Shown piece after piece: positions 8,909 through 19,900 of a stretch of 64,000 bases of DNA. Under the pieces are notes generated by a model. It worked only from the letters and a program-made list of their open reading frames with translations, made no database searches and was not told the origin of the DNA. Each line of letters starts with the position of its first letter. Position 1 is the first letter of the stretch. Source of the stretch: Burkholderiales bacterium (GTDB lineage Bacteria; Pseudomonadota; Gammaproteobacteria; Burkholderiales; Ga0077523); assembly GCA_019747905.1 (NCBI GenBank), contig JAIEQG010000087.1, positions 71,905 through 135,904 of the forward strand. The letters run 5' to 3'. A program made the translations under genes and the position numbers.

Positions 8909-9151
8909 GATGTCGCGCTCCTCTTCCGTGCGGCGCAGCTGCGCGCGCAACTTCAGGATGTCGCTCTTCGCCTCGATCAGATCGGCCGCCTGCTTCTCCG
9001 TCTTGTCCGGCGTCACCGCCTTCACCCACTTGTACAAACTGTGGCTGGACACGCCCAGCCGCGCCGAAATCTCAGAGACGCAATGGCCCCGATCAAGAAC
9101 CTAGCGGGCTACCTCTTCTTTGACCTCCGGTGCAATTCTCTGGGTACCCAT
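8867..9151 (-). pseudogene. IS3-family orfA with an in-frame nonsense codon
   Basis: Reading from ATG (9151-9149) gives MGTQRIAPEVKEEVAR-TAG(9103-9101)-VLDRGHCVSEISARLGVSSHSLYKWVKAV...AKEPE. The premature stop falls at codon 17, inside the HTH region. Confidence 0.8.
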
Positions 9152-9418
9152 GCACTCCCCATCCTATGCTTGAACCATAGAACCGAAATGCCTACACAGC
9201 CGGCGAAGTCCGACCCTACCGAATCAATGTTGCTACCGGCGATCGCCGCTGCGGCGGCGATCGGCGAGAGACGATCAAAGGTGTCTGCTCGGCGAACGGT
9301 GGCATAGAGCCACCAATTCGGCCCCGCAGATCCCGACGCGAGGGGCTGGTACGGCGCAACCGATTCGGCTAGGATTGCAGGCTTCTTTTCATCGCTGAAT
9401 CTGCGGTGAAGGATCAGA

Positions 9419-9494
<76 letters not shown>

Positions 9495-9566
9495 TAACTC
9501 CTGAAAAGGCTGCGGTGCGCAGCAGCCTCTTCGACGGGTAGAGAGTTTCACGAGACCGACGCCTAC

Positions 9567-10925
9567 GTGAGAAACGCGCGTCTTCGCGAAAGGATCGGCT
9601 CGATCCTTTCGTCGCTGATCCTTGGGGCGCTGCTTGCCTTCATTGTCCACTACGCATACTGGGACACAGGGGCTTTCGGCGACGAAGGATCGTCGTGCAC
9701 GCTCGGGCAGGAGATCCTCCACGGCCACGTGCCGTATCGGGACTATTTCAACGAGAAGATGCCGCTCCAGTACGTCTGGACTGCGGCGGTGATGAGCGTG
9801 TCGACGACCGGGGTGGCCGGTGCCCGGATAGCTGCCGCATTGAGCCTCACGGGCGTGTTCGCACTTATCGTCCATGTCCTGCGATCCGGCGTTTCCGCGT
9901 GGAGCAAGTGGCCGTGGCTGGTGGTGGCCATTCTCGTCTGCGCCGGCATGTGGGGGTATAACAATACGGCCGAATCTAGCCTGGCTCTACTGTTCGGCGC
10001 GGCCGCCTTATTGATCTCGCGGCGAGACGGTCCGGTGGGTTACTCCGGTGCCGTCATGCTCGGCGCACTCCACGGTCTCGCGATCGGCTTTCGTATCACC
10101 AGTGTTGCGGCCGCAATTGTTGTGCTGGGGTCGCCGTGGATCGCGGGGCATCGAACGGCTTTCGCGATAGGTGTGTCCGGCGCGGTCGTCGGATGGACCG
10201 CGTTGCTGTCCGCGATCGGCGTGCAGCCGTCGGATCTCGTGGCGGCCATGTTCTTTCACCTGGGATCCGACGAGGTCGTCCACTACTTCAGAGGCATTGA
10301 GCCAGAGGAACGGATCTGGGCGCTGGCCTGGGTCGCAGCCGGAACGGGGGCCTTGGTCGCTTGCAGCGGTCGGTATCATGCTGCTTGGGCAGTCGCCTGG
10401 CTGCTCGCGCTGGCGATTCCGTTCTTCGCGAGGATGGATGCATTCCGGCTGTGGCCATCGACGGTCGCGGCGGCGGTGTTGCTCTTCCCTTGGCTGATGC
10501 GGGCGAGATTGGTGTTCGGTGCGATAGTGGCGTTCGGTGTCGCAACCCCCCTAATCTATTCTCTGAAAGCGCCCAGCACGTTCGATCACTACTCGGAGAT
10601 CACGACCTACGTGCGCAGCCGAACCGGGCCGCAGGACTCGATCTGGGTCGCCCCGTGGAGCCCCTATGTGTACTGCCTTACCGAACGGGAGACCGCGACC
10701 CGCTACTACTTCCTGCTCCCTTGGATCGCACAGGACACAGTCAAGGCAGAGATCCTGCACGACCTCGAACGTAACCGCCCGGCGCTCATCGTCGACGTTT
10801 CCCGCGGGCGACGTTCGCTCGCGACGGAGCTCCCCGGACTCCAGGAACTACTGGATGCGCGTTACGAGCCGCCCGTCCGGACGCCAAGGGCCGTCTACTA
10901 CCATCGCAGGCAGCATGATGGTTGA
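9567..10925 (+). CDS. Polytopic membrane protein, GT-C fold glycosyltransferase-like (ArnT/PMT_2-like)
   Basis: 452 aa with many predicted TM helices. The first loop has GDEGSSCTLGQEILHGHVPYRDYFNEKMPLQYVW, which fits the DE...G..PY.D.F..K.PL.Y.W pattern of family 39/83 lipid-linked sugar transferases. GTG start. Confidence 0.55.
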   Translation: MRNARLRERIGSILSSLILGALLAFIVHYAYWDTGAFGDEGSSCTLGQEILHGHVPYRDYFNEKMPLQYVWTAAVMSVSTTGVAGARIAAALSLTGVFALIVHVLRSGVSAWSKWPWLVVAILVCAGMWGYNNTAESSLALLFGAAALLISRRDGPVGYSGAVMLGALHGLAIGFRITSVAAAIVVLGSPWIAGHRTAFAIGVSGAVVGWTALLSAIGVQPSDLVAAMFFHLGSDEVVHYFRGIEPEERIWALAWVAAGTGALVACSGRYHAAWAVAWLLALAIPFFARMDAFRLWPSTVAAAVLLFPWLMRARLVFGAIVAFGVATPLIYSLKAPSTFDHYSEITTYVRSRTGPQDSIWVAPWSPYVYCLTERETATRYYFLLPWIAQDTVKAEILHDLERNRPALIVDVSRGRRSLATELPGLQELLDARYEPPVRTPRAVYYHRRQHDG

Positions 10926-10995
10926 AGGAGAGCGTCGCTTCGCCAATTGCTGAGGCCGCCCGTCGATGGTCCACGGTCACGGTACGATGTACCCC

Positions 10996-12012
10996 ATGCG
11001 AGTAATTCTGCGAGTGCTGGCTGCGCTGTTCGCCTTCGTCGTCCTGCCTTGCGAGGCTGCGCCGGAAAAGCCCCGGGTCGTCCTCGCCGTCGGCGGCAAG
11101 ACCACGCTCTACTACCTGCCGCTCGCGCTTGCCGACAGGCTCGGCTACTTCCGCGACGAAGGCCTCGAAGTCGAGATCAACGATTTCCCTGGCGGATCCA
11201 AGGCGCTGCAGGCGCTGATCGGCGGGAGCGCCGACGTGGTGTCCGGTGCCTTCGAACACACCATCACCATGCAGACTCTCGGCCAGAAGGTGCAGGCCTT
11301 CGTGCTGCAGAACACGAATCCCGGCATCTCGCTCGGCATCGCGCGGGCACAGGCCGCCAATTACTCGTGGCCCAAGGATCTGAAGGGGATGAAGATCGGC
11401 ATCAGCGCGCCGGGGTCGAGCACGCAGATGCTGGTGAACCACCTGCTCTCGTCGGTGGGACTCACGGCCGACGATGTCTCCTGGGTCGGCGTGGGAACGG
11501 GCAGCACCGCGGTCGCGGCGATGCGCACCGGTCGCATCGACGCGCTTTGCAGCGCCGAGCCCGTCATGTCGCTGCTCGAGCGCTCCGGCGATCTCAAGGT
11601 GGTGGTCGAGACCACCACCGACGCTGGTGTGCGGTCCGTGTTCGGCGGGCCGCTGCCGGCCGCGACACTGTACGCGAAGGCCGCGTTCATCCAGGCCAAT
11701 CCCGGCACCATTCAGGCGTTGACCAACGCCATGGTGCGCGCGCTCAAGTGGTTGCAGAAGGCCACGCCGGACGAAGTGGCCGACGCGGTGCCGCCCGAGT
11801 ATCTGCTCGGTGATCGCGCGCTCTATCTCGCCGCCTACGAGAAACTGCGCAACACCTACTCGAAGGATGGTCGTATTTCCAAGGTGCTGGTGAAGAACAG
11901 CTACGAAACGCTGCTCAAGCACAACACGGCGGTGCGGCGGGCGCCGGTGCTGTGGCTCGAGCAGACCCACACGAACGCGTTCGTGGAGCAGGCGCTGAAG
12001 AAGTTTCCGTGA
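10996..12012 (+). CDS. ABC transporter substrate-binding protein, NitT/TauT (NMT1/SsuA-like) family
   Basis: Signal peptide MRVILRVLAALFAFVVLPCEA (ATG 10996; the listed ORF starts at 10966). The mature part ...YYLPLALADRLGYFRDEGLEVEINDFPGGSKALQALIGGSADVV... is typical of sulfonate/nitrate/taurine-type binding proteins. It is followed by a cognate ATPase and permease. Confidence 0.75.
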   Translation: MRVILRVLAALFAFVVLPCEAAPEKPRVVLAVGGKTTLYYLPLALADRLGYFRDEGLEVEINDFPGGSKALQALIGGSADVVSGAFEHTITMQTLGQKVQAFVLQNTNPGISLGIARAQAANYSWPKDLKGMKIGISAPGSSTQMLVNHLLSSVGLTADDVSWVGVGTGSTAVAAMRTGRIDALCSAEPVMSLLERSGDLKVVVETTTDAGVRSVFGGPLPAATLYAKAAFIQANPGTIQALTNAMVRALKWLQKATPDEVADAVPPEYLLGDRALYLAAYEKLRNTYSKDGRISKVLVKNSYETLLKHNTAVRRAPVLWLEQTHTNAFVEQALKKFP

Positions 12013-12821
12013 GCGCCGCCGGCGAAGCGCTGCGCCTCGAACGCATCACCTGCGCTTTCACCCGGCGCGATGGTACGCGCTACGAGGCTGTTCGCGACGC
12101 GACGCTCGCAGTGGGCGCGCATGAGTTCGTCAGCGTCGTGGGGCCTACCGGCTGCGGCAAGACGACGCTGCTCAACGCCGCGGCGGGTCTGCTTTCCCCG
12201 GTGAGCGGCCAGGTGCTGGTGCAAGGTGTCCCGTTGACCGGCATCAACGCCGAAGCCGGCTACCTGTTCCAGGCCGATGCGCTCATGCCGTGGAAGACGG
12301 CGCTCGACAACGTGGCAGTCGGCCTCCTGCTGCGCGGAGTCGCGGCGCGCGAAGCTCGCGAACGCGCCCGCGAGTGGCTCGGTCGCGTCGGTCTGCGCGC
12401 GTTCGCCGATCGCTTTCCGCACGAGCTCTCCGGTGGCATGCGCAAGCGCGTGGCGCTCGCGCAGACGTTGATTCTCGATCCGAAGCTGCTGCTCATGGAC
12501 GAGCCGTTCTCGGCGCTCGATGTACAGACCCGCAGCCTGATGGAGAACGAGTTGCTCGCGTTGTGGCAACTCGACCGCAAGTCCGTGCTGTTCGTCACGC
12601 ACGATCTGGAGGAGGCGATCGCATTGTCCGATCGCGTGATCGTGCTGTCGGCCGGACCGGCGTCGCGGCCGGTCGCGGAGTTCATCATCGACCTGCCGCG
12701 CCCTCGCGACGTGGCCGAAGTGCGCCTGGTGCCGGAGTTCCTCGACGTGCACCGCCGGATCTGGGCGACTCTGCGCGAGGAGGTGTCGCGGGCGCACGCC
12801 GCCTCGGCGGAAGCGGCGTGA
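12009..12821 (+). CDS. ABC transporter ATP-binding protein, NitT/TauT family
   Basis: The GTG at 12009 overlaps the upstream stop (GTGA), indicating translational coupling. Walker A GPTGCGKTT, signature LSGGMRKRVALAQTL, Walker B LLLMDEPFSALD, H-loop FVTHDLEEA. Confidence 0.9.
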   Translation: MSAAGEALRLERITCAFTRRDGTRYEAVRDATLAVGAHEFVSVVGPTGCGKTTLLNAAAGLLSPVSGQVLVQGVPLTGINAEAGYLFQADALMPWKTALDNVAVGLLLRGVAAREARERAREWLGRVGLRAFADRFPHELSGGMRKRVALAQTLILDPKLLLMDEPFSALDVQTRSLMENELLALWQLDRKSVLFVTHDLEEAIALSDRVIVLSAGPASRPVAEFIIDLPRPRDVAEVRLVPEFLDVHRRIWATLREEVSRAHAASAEAA

Positions 12822-13585
12822 TGCGCCTGCGCGCCTGGCAACTCGCCTTGCTCCTGGCGCTGCTGCTTCTGTGGCACGTGCTGGTGCAGATCGAGTGGTT
12901 GCCGAGATTCTTCTTCGGCGAACCGCTCGCGGTCGCGCGCCGCATCCTGGCGTGGTTCAGGAGCGGCGAGATCCTGCCCCACCTCGCCGTGACTCTGGGC
13001 GAGACGGTGGTTGCCTTCATCGTGGGCACCGCCGGTGGCGTCGCGGCGGGGCTGTGGCTGGGCATCTCGCCGTTCGCGGCGCGCCTGCTCGACCCGTACA
13101 TCAAGGGCTTCAATGCGATGCCACGGGTCATTCTCGCGCCGATCTTCGCGGTGTGGTTCGGGCTCGGTATGACCGGCAAGATCGTGCTGGGCATCACGCT
13201 CGTCTTCTTCGTGGTGTTCTTCAGCGTGTTTCACGGCGTGCGGGACGTGAGCCCGGTGATCGTCGCCAACGCCCGCATGCTCGGGGCGTCGCGCACCGGT
13301 TTGCTGAAGCATGTCTACCTGCCGAGTGCGCTGTCGTGGGCCTTCGCCAGCCTGCATACGGCGGTCGGCATGGCGTTCGTGGGCGCCGTGGTCGGCGAAT
13401 ACCTGGGGTCCGCGCGCGGGGTTGGTTACCTCATCTTGCAGGCCGAAGGCACTTTCGACATCGATACCGTACTGGCCGGCGTCGTGGTTCTGACGATCTG
13501 CGCGCTGGGCCTCGACAAGCTGGTTTCCATGGCCGAAACCCACTTGTTGCGCTGGCGCCCCGAATCCCGGCGCGACGAAGCTTGA
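12821..13585 (+). CDS. ABC transporter permease, NitT/TauT family (BPD_transp_1)
   Basis: The ATG at 12821 overlaps the upstream TGA by 1 nt. There are about six hydrophobic segments and an EAA-type loop ...ANARMLGASRTGLLKHVYLPSAL... This is only the distal part of the listed 12290..13585 ORF. Confidence 0.85.
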   Translation: MRLRAWQLALLLALLLLWHVLVQIEWLPRFFFGEPLAVARRILAWFRSGEILPHLAVTLGETVVAFIVGTAGGVAAGLWLGISPFAARLLDPYIKGFNAMPRVILAPIFAVWFGLGMTGKIVLGITLVFFVVFFSVFHGVRDVSPVIVANARMLGASRTGLLKHVYLPSALSWAFASLHTAVGMAFVGAVVGEYLGSARGVGYLILQAEGTFDIDTVLAGVVVLTICALGLDKLVSMAETHLLRWRPESRRDEA

Positions 13586-13905
13586 TGGCGGGCTCGACTC
13601 CGCAGAAGAAGATGTTTTCTATCAAATGGTTGAGATGTTTTGTCAGCGCCGCCGACAGTGCAAATTTCGATGCCGACCGCATAGCGAAAACCTGCCGGAT
13701 CGGTTAGATTCGAAGCGCATGGATCGGGGCTTTTTCGACAGTGCCAGCGCCCCATTCCGGCTCGATCAGGGAATAGAAGCACGGCAGACCCGACCGTCCT
13801 CGACGGTCCCTCAAACCGGCCTGCCGCATAACCAATAACGGGGGTGACCGCCCCGAACACGCCGCAGGGGCGGCCCCGAAACCCTGCGGACGTTGGAGAC
13901 CCGCC

Positions 13906-16900
13906 ATGATCTGGCGATTCGACTCGATCCGTTCCCTCATGGCGCCAGTGGGTACCCGTCGGCGCAAGGGTCAGAAGGCGGGAGCCGCTTCCGCCGATGC
14001 CCCCAATCGAGACAGGAAGGCGCCACCGTTCCGCCGCCGGCCCCTGTTCGAGGCACTCGAGCAGCGGCTGCTCATGTCGGCCGACACCGTCCAGATCATC
14101 CAGGGCGGCACCCAGGTGGACGGCAACATCACCGCCGCGGGCGAGACCGACCGTTACTCGTTCACGCTCACCGAAGCGAAGCAGCTCTACTTCGATGCGC
14201 TGACCGACACGCCCTTCAACTGGTCGCTCGAGGGGCCTGCCGGCACGCTGGTGAATGCGCGCAGTTTCCAGGGCTCCGATGCCCAGGACCTCAGCACTTC
14301 GCCGGTCCTCGACTTGAAACCCGGCGACTACATGCTCAGCGTCGACGCCAACCTCGACGCCACCGGTGCCTATGGCTTCCGCCTGCTCGATCTGGGTCAG
14401 GCCGGCACACTGACGCCGAACATCACGGTGTCCGGGCAACTCGATCCCGGCCGCGAGACGGATGCCTATCGGTTCACCGTGCAGGAGGGCGAGCGCTTCT
14501 TCTTCGATTCGCGGTCGGTGTCGAACACCAATGGCCAATGGCGCCTCGTCGATCCGTTCGGCGACCAGGTGTTCGCGACCAATATCGGCACCGACATCGA
14601 GCCGCCGGTCCTGACCAAGCCGGGTACGTACACGCTGTTGCTCGAAGGGCGACGCACCCAGGCCACGCCGATCAACTACCAGTTCAACGTGCAGAAGGTG
14701 GTCGACGAGAACGCAGCGCTCACGCTCGGCGCCCTCGTGAACGGCAGCATCGCGCATGCGGGCCAGCAGGACTTCTATTCGTTCGCGCTCGCGCAGCGCT
14801 CGCGCGTGTATCTCGACTCGCTCACGAACACCGGGATCCACTGGACGCTGACCGGGCCCAGCGGCGTGATCGTCGATTCGCGTGGCCTCAGTTCCACGGA
14901 CTCGAGTACCGTCGGATCCAATCCGGTGCTCGATCTGGTGGCCGGGAGCTACACGCTCCGGCTCGATGCTGCCGGCGATGCGACCGGCGACTACGCATTC
15001 CGCGTGCTGAACCTCTCGGCGGCCCCGACGCTGGTGCCGCTGCCCAGCGGCTCCACCCCGACCACTGCGACTCTCAATCCGGGTGCGAGCACGCTCCTGT
15101 ACGGCATCGACGCAGCCGCCGGCGACCGTCTGTTCTTCGATCGCCAGAGCCAGAGCGGCGGTACCGTCCACTGGCGTCTGGTCGATCCCTACGGCGGCCT
15201 GCTCTTCTCCAGCAATTTTTCCACGGACGTCGGCAATCTCACCTTGACCGCCGCCGGGCGCTACACGCTGCTGATCGAAGGTCATCCGAGCAACGCCGTA
15301 CCGATCGATGTCGTCTTCAATGTCGAGCCGCGCGGGAACCTCGTCGCGGAACGCACCACCTCGTTCGGCGACGAATTCGACGGCACGCTGAGCAGCAACT
15401 GGCGGCTGGAAACGCCGCGCGATGGCCAGGCGTACCTCGGTACGCCGAACTATCGGTTCGAGACGCTCGATGGCGCCCAGGTGCTGCGTCTCGACAACGA
15501 TCTCAACAACTCTCAGCGTGTGGCCTTCGGTTCCACCAGCGTGTTGCCGTCCGCGGCGAGCTTCCGCTACGAACTGCGCTTCAACACGCTCACCCAGTCC
15601 TTCGCGACCGGGGTCGAAGGGCTGCTCGAATTCTGGTTGGTCGACGAGGCCGACCCGAGCCGGTTCATCGCGGCCGCGGTCTATGGCGGACCCACCGGGC
15701 TCGACCGGCGCCTGTTCTCCAACGCTCCGCAAGGCGGCGGCTTCGTGAATCAGACGCTCGCCTTCGCCGACAACACGTGGTACCGCGCCGTGATCGAAGG
15801 GTCGCCGACGCAGGCCATGAAGGTGTCGATCCTGAGCGACGCCGGCACGGAGCTCATGAGCCGGACCTTCACCGTCGGCACCGACCTCTTCGCGAACGGC
15901 TTCCGCGTGGGCTTCGGGCAGTCCACGTCATCGCCGAATCGACTCGCGCCGATGGACGTCGCGATCGACTACGCGCGCGTGACCGCCACGCCGCTTGCCA
16001 CGACACCGCTGGTGTTCGACACCCTCACCACAGGGACGCGTACCGTCGCCAACCAGCGCGACGTCTATACCTTCAGCGTCGCCGCCGACACGATCGTCTA
16101 TTTCGACACACGCACCGACACCGGTGCGATCAACTGGACTCTCAAGGGGCCGTCCGGGACGCTGGTCGCGAACCGTCCGCTCTCACAGTCCGACGCGCAG
16201 GACGGCCGACCGTTCTACCGGCTCGTGGCGGGCGAATACACGCTCACCTTCGCCGGCACCGGCACCGGCGCCTACACCTTCAAGCTCGGCAACGTGGCGA
16301 GCGGCACACCGATCACGCTCGGGACATCGGTCAGCGGTGTGTTGAGTCCCGGCAACGAAACCGACGTCTACCGCTTTGCTGCCAATGCCGGCGAACGCCT
16401 CTACGTCGACATGCAGACCGTGCAGAACGGCGACGGCTGGTGGCGGCTGCTCGATCCGAACGGCGACGAGGTATGGTCTGCCGGGATCAGCACCGACAGC
16501 GGCGTGCTGGCGATGCCGCACACGGGCACCTACACGCTGATGCTCGACGGCCGCCGTTACTACACGGTGGACAACGCGTACCGGTTCAACGTCTCCCGTG
16601 TCGTCGATACCACGCGGGCACTGGTCCCCGGTGAAAGCCAGGGTCTCGGACCCTACTGGTCGACGGGGCCGACCGGCAACGCGCTCGAGTTCGCAGATCT
16701 CGACTATGTCGAGGTGCCCCACGGCAGCGCCACCAATCTTGCGGGCAGCATGACGTTCGAGGCGCGCGTACGCATCGACAGCTTCGTCAACACGTGGACG
16801 CCGATCCTCTACAAGGGTGCCAACAGTCCCGGTACCGGCAATGAGTGGCAGTTGCGGACCTTCTCGCTGTACGTCAACAGCGATGGCCGACTGTCGATGA

Positions 16901-19900
16901 CTTCGGGTGCGCAGTTCGCCGATTCCGTTGCCGGTGTCGCGAAACTGGGGGAATGGATGCACGTGGCCGGCGTCATCGACCGGGCGGCGCAACAGATGCG
17001 GCTGTACGTGAACGGGCAGCAGGTCGCTGCGGCGTCGGTTTCGTCCACCGCTGCCGCGACCTTCGCGAACCCGCTGCAGATCGGCCGGTCGTTCGAAGGC
17101 TTCGACGACCACGCAGGACTGTTCGGCGCCGTCGACGAGGTGCGCCTGTGGAGCCGTACGCGCACGCAGGCGGAGATCGACGCCGGTCGCAACCGTGAAC
17201 TCAATGCGACCGAACTGGCCGACGCGAACCTCGCGTTGTACCTGCCGTTCAGCGAAGGCGCGGGGCGCACCACGACCGATCCGCGCGCGGGTGGCCTGGT
17301 CGGCACGCTGCGCAACGTCGGCGAACCGCTCGGCGACGTGGTGCAGGGCCGGCTGACGACCCCTGGCAACCGCGACATCTACACCTTCACGCTGGCCGAA
17401 GCGAAGCAGCTCTACCTCGACGCGCTCTCCAACATCAACTTGACCTGGACGCTCACAGGACCGCGCGGCGTCCTGGTCAATGCGCGCGACTTCCGCTTCT
17501 CCAACAGCGGCGAATTCGGCAACAACCCGGTGCTGAACCTCGCCGCCGGCGACTACACGCTCATCGTCGATGCGCCAGGCGATGTCGTCGGCCCGTATGC
17601 GTTCCGTCTGCGCGATCTTGCCACGGCCACCAACATCAACCCCGGTGTGCCGGTCGCCGCCGAATTGCGGCCCGGCAAGGAAACCGATTTCTATCGTTTC
17701 GATGTCCAGGCCGGCGACCGCTTCTATTTCGACGCCCAGGCCGTGGTCAACGCCGACGCGTACTGGCGCCTGATCAATCCGTTCGGAGAACAGGTCTTCC
17801 TGGGCGGCCTCAGCACCGACATCGAGACGTTCGCGCTCACGCAGACCGGGACCTACACCCTGCTGGTGGAGGGCCGGCGCTACAACATCGAGCCCAACGC
17901 CTACCAGTTCACGATCGAGAAGGTGGTGGACGCGGTGACGCCGATCACCGTCGGGCAGACTCTCAACCTCGGTCCGTACCGGGCGCCGGGCAGCATCGGC
18001 AACGGTCTCGAGTTCGCCGAGATGGACTATGTCGAAGTGCCTCACGGTGCGGCGACCGACCTGACCGGCAGCATGACGGTGGAGCTGTCGTTCCGCGTCG
18101 ACCGGCTGCTCGATACCTGGCAGCCGCTCATCTACAAAGGCGTGCAGGCGGAACTGGCGGGCAACGACTGGTTCCTGCGCACCTATGCGCTCTGGCTCAA
18201 CGCCGACGGTCGTATCTCGCTGGCGACGGCCGAGCAGGGTGTGTCGAGCGCCACAGGGACTGTGCAGGCGGGTCAGTGGTACCACGTGGCCGGTGTGATC
18301 GATCGCGCGACCGGGCAGATGCGTCTCATCCTGAACGGCGAGCAGGTGGCGAGCGGTACTGTGCGGACCACCCCGGTCGGGTCCTACGCCACTCCGCTCA
18401 CCATCGGACGCTCGTTCGTCGGCTGGGACGACCACAACGGCATCTTCGGCACCATCGACGAGGTGCGCCTGTGGAATCGCGCACGCACCATCGACGAGAT
18501 CCGTGCGGATCGCAACAACTCGCTCACGGGGGCCGAGTCCGGGCTGACCCTGTACCTGCCGTTCAGCGAAACGTCCGGTCTCACGACCTCAGGCCCAGTG
18601 GGCCCCGCTGGCGCACTGCGCAACATGGGCGACACCACGCCCGGCGTGGTGCAAGGGCGCATCACGCAGCCGGGTGCACGCAGCATTTACACCTTCTCCC
18701 TCGCGCAGGACAGCAAGCTCTACTTCGACGCACTGTCCGACGTGGAAGTGAACTGGACGTTGACCGGTCCGCGCGGCACGGTGGTCAACGCCCGCAGCTT
18801 CAGGTTCTCGAATTCGGGCGAGTTCGGTTCGAATCCGGTGCTGGACCTGGTGGCCGGCCAGTACACGCTGACCGTCGATGCGGGCGGCGACTTCACCGCG
18901 CCGTTCGCGTTCCGCCTGCTGGATCTGCTCGATGCCGCGCCGATCCTGCCGGACGTCGAGGTGACGGGCACACTCTTCCCCGGCAACGAAACCCAGTTCT
19001 ACCGTTTCGACGCGACCGCGGGCTCGCGCTACTACTTCGACATGCTGTCGGTCGCGAACGGTGACGGACAGTGGCGCTTGATCGATCCCTATGGCGATGT
19101 CGCCTGGTCCGCCAACGTCGGTACTGACGTCGACGTCACCACCTTGCGCAATGCGGGGACGTACACCCTGATTCTCGAAGGGCGCCGCTACAACACCGAA
19201 CCGAACGCCTACCGCTTCAGCGTACGCACGGTGACCGACGACACCGTCGCGATCGTGCCGGGGCAGAGCCACGGCATCGCGCCCGAATGGGGTGCGGGCA
19301 ACCTGGGCACCGGTCTGCATCTGTCCGGTACGGAGTATCTCGAAGCGGCTCATGGTGCAGGGACGAACCTCACCGGCGACCTCACCTTCGAGGCGTGGAT
19401 CAAGGTCGACCGGTTCGCGAATACCTGGATGCCCGTGGTCACCAAGGAAGAGGGCACGGGCTTCAGTCGTCGGGCCTACTCGATGTGGGTCCGCGACAAC
19501 GGAGCAGTCTGGTTCGGGACCAGCGACGCCGTTGGCAACCAGAACGTGGAGACCGCCGGCGGTCTCGTCTCGGCCGGCCAGTGGGTCCACGTCGCGGGGG
19601 TCATCGATCGCAGCGGTTCCGGGGGCAGCGCGCAGATTCGAGTGTTCGTGAATGGTGTGGCGGCCGGCGCGGTGGGCGTGCGGCCCGGCCCGGCGCTGTC
19701 CTTCTCGAACCCCCTGCTGATCGGTCGCGCGCTCGAGAACAACAACAGCTATGCGCTGTTCGAGGGCTCGATCGACGACGTGCGGCTCTGGAGCATCGCC
19801 CGCACGGCGGCACAGATCCAGACGGCGAAGGATGCGCCGTTGATCGGCGCCGAAGCCGGACTCGCGCTCTATCTGCCACTCGACCAGGCCGCGGGTCGAG

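Larger units (their letters stand above)
7968..9226 (-). mobile_element. Decayed IS3-family insertion sequence (about 1.26 kb)
   Basis: The minus strand encodes IS3-type OrfA (HTH ...CVSEISARLGVSSHSLYKWVK..., leucine-zipper tail) and OrfB with DDE/rve motifs (WVTDITYI, HSD.GTQY, CWDNSVAESLFSRLKKE). A -1 slippery site A-AAA-AGG is retained at 8901-8908. The ends are TG.../...CA with imperfect terminal inverted repeats (TGAACAGCGGAAGCTAGACTTC vs TGATTCGGTAGGGTCGGACTTC). The boundaries are approximate. Confidence 0.75.

Noticed and set aside
13626-13838. 70-aa ORF in the leader of the giant gene (and similar short ORFs at 136..390, 414..719 and 9041..9307 in intergenic DNA).
   Set aside because: They have no RBS and a skewed Arg/Pro/Ser composition. 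They overlap palindromic or AT-rich non-coding features and show no recognisable motif.
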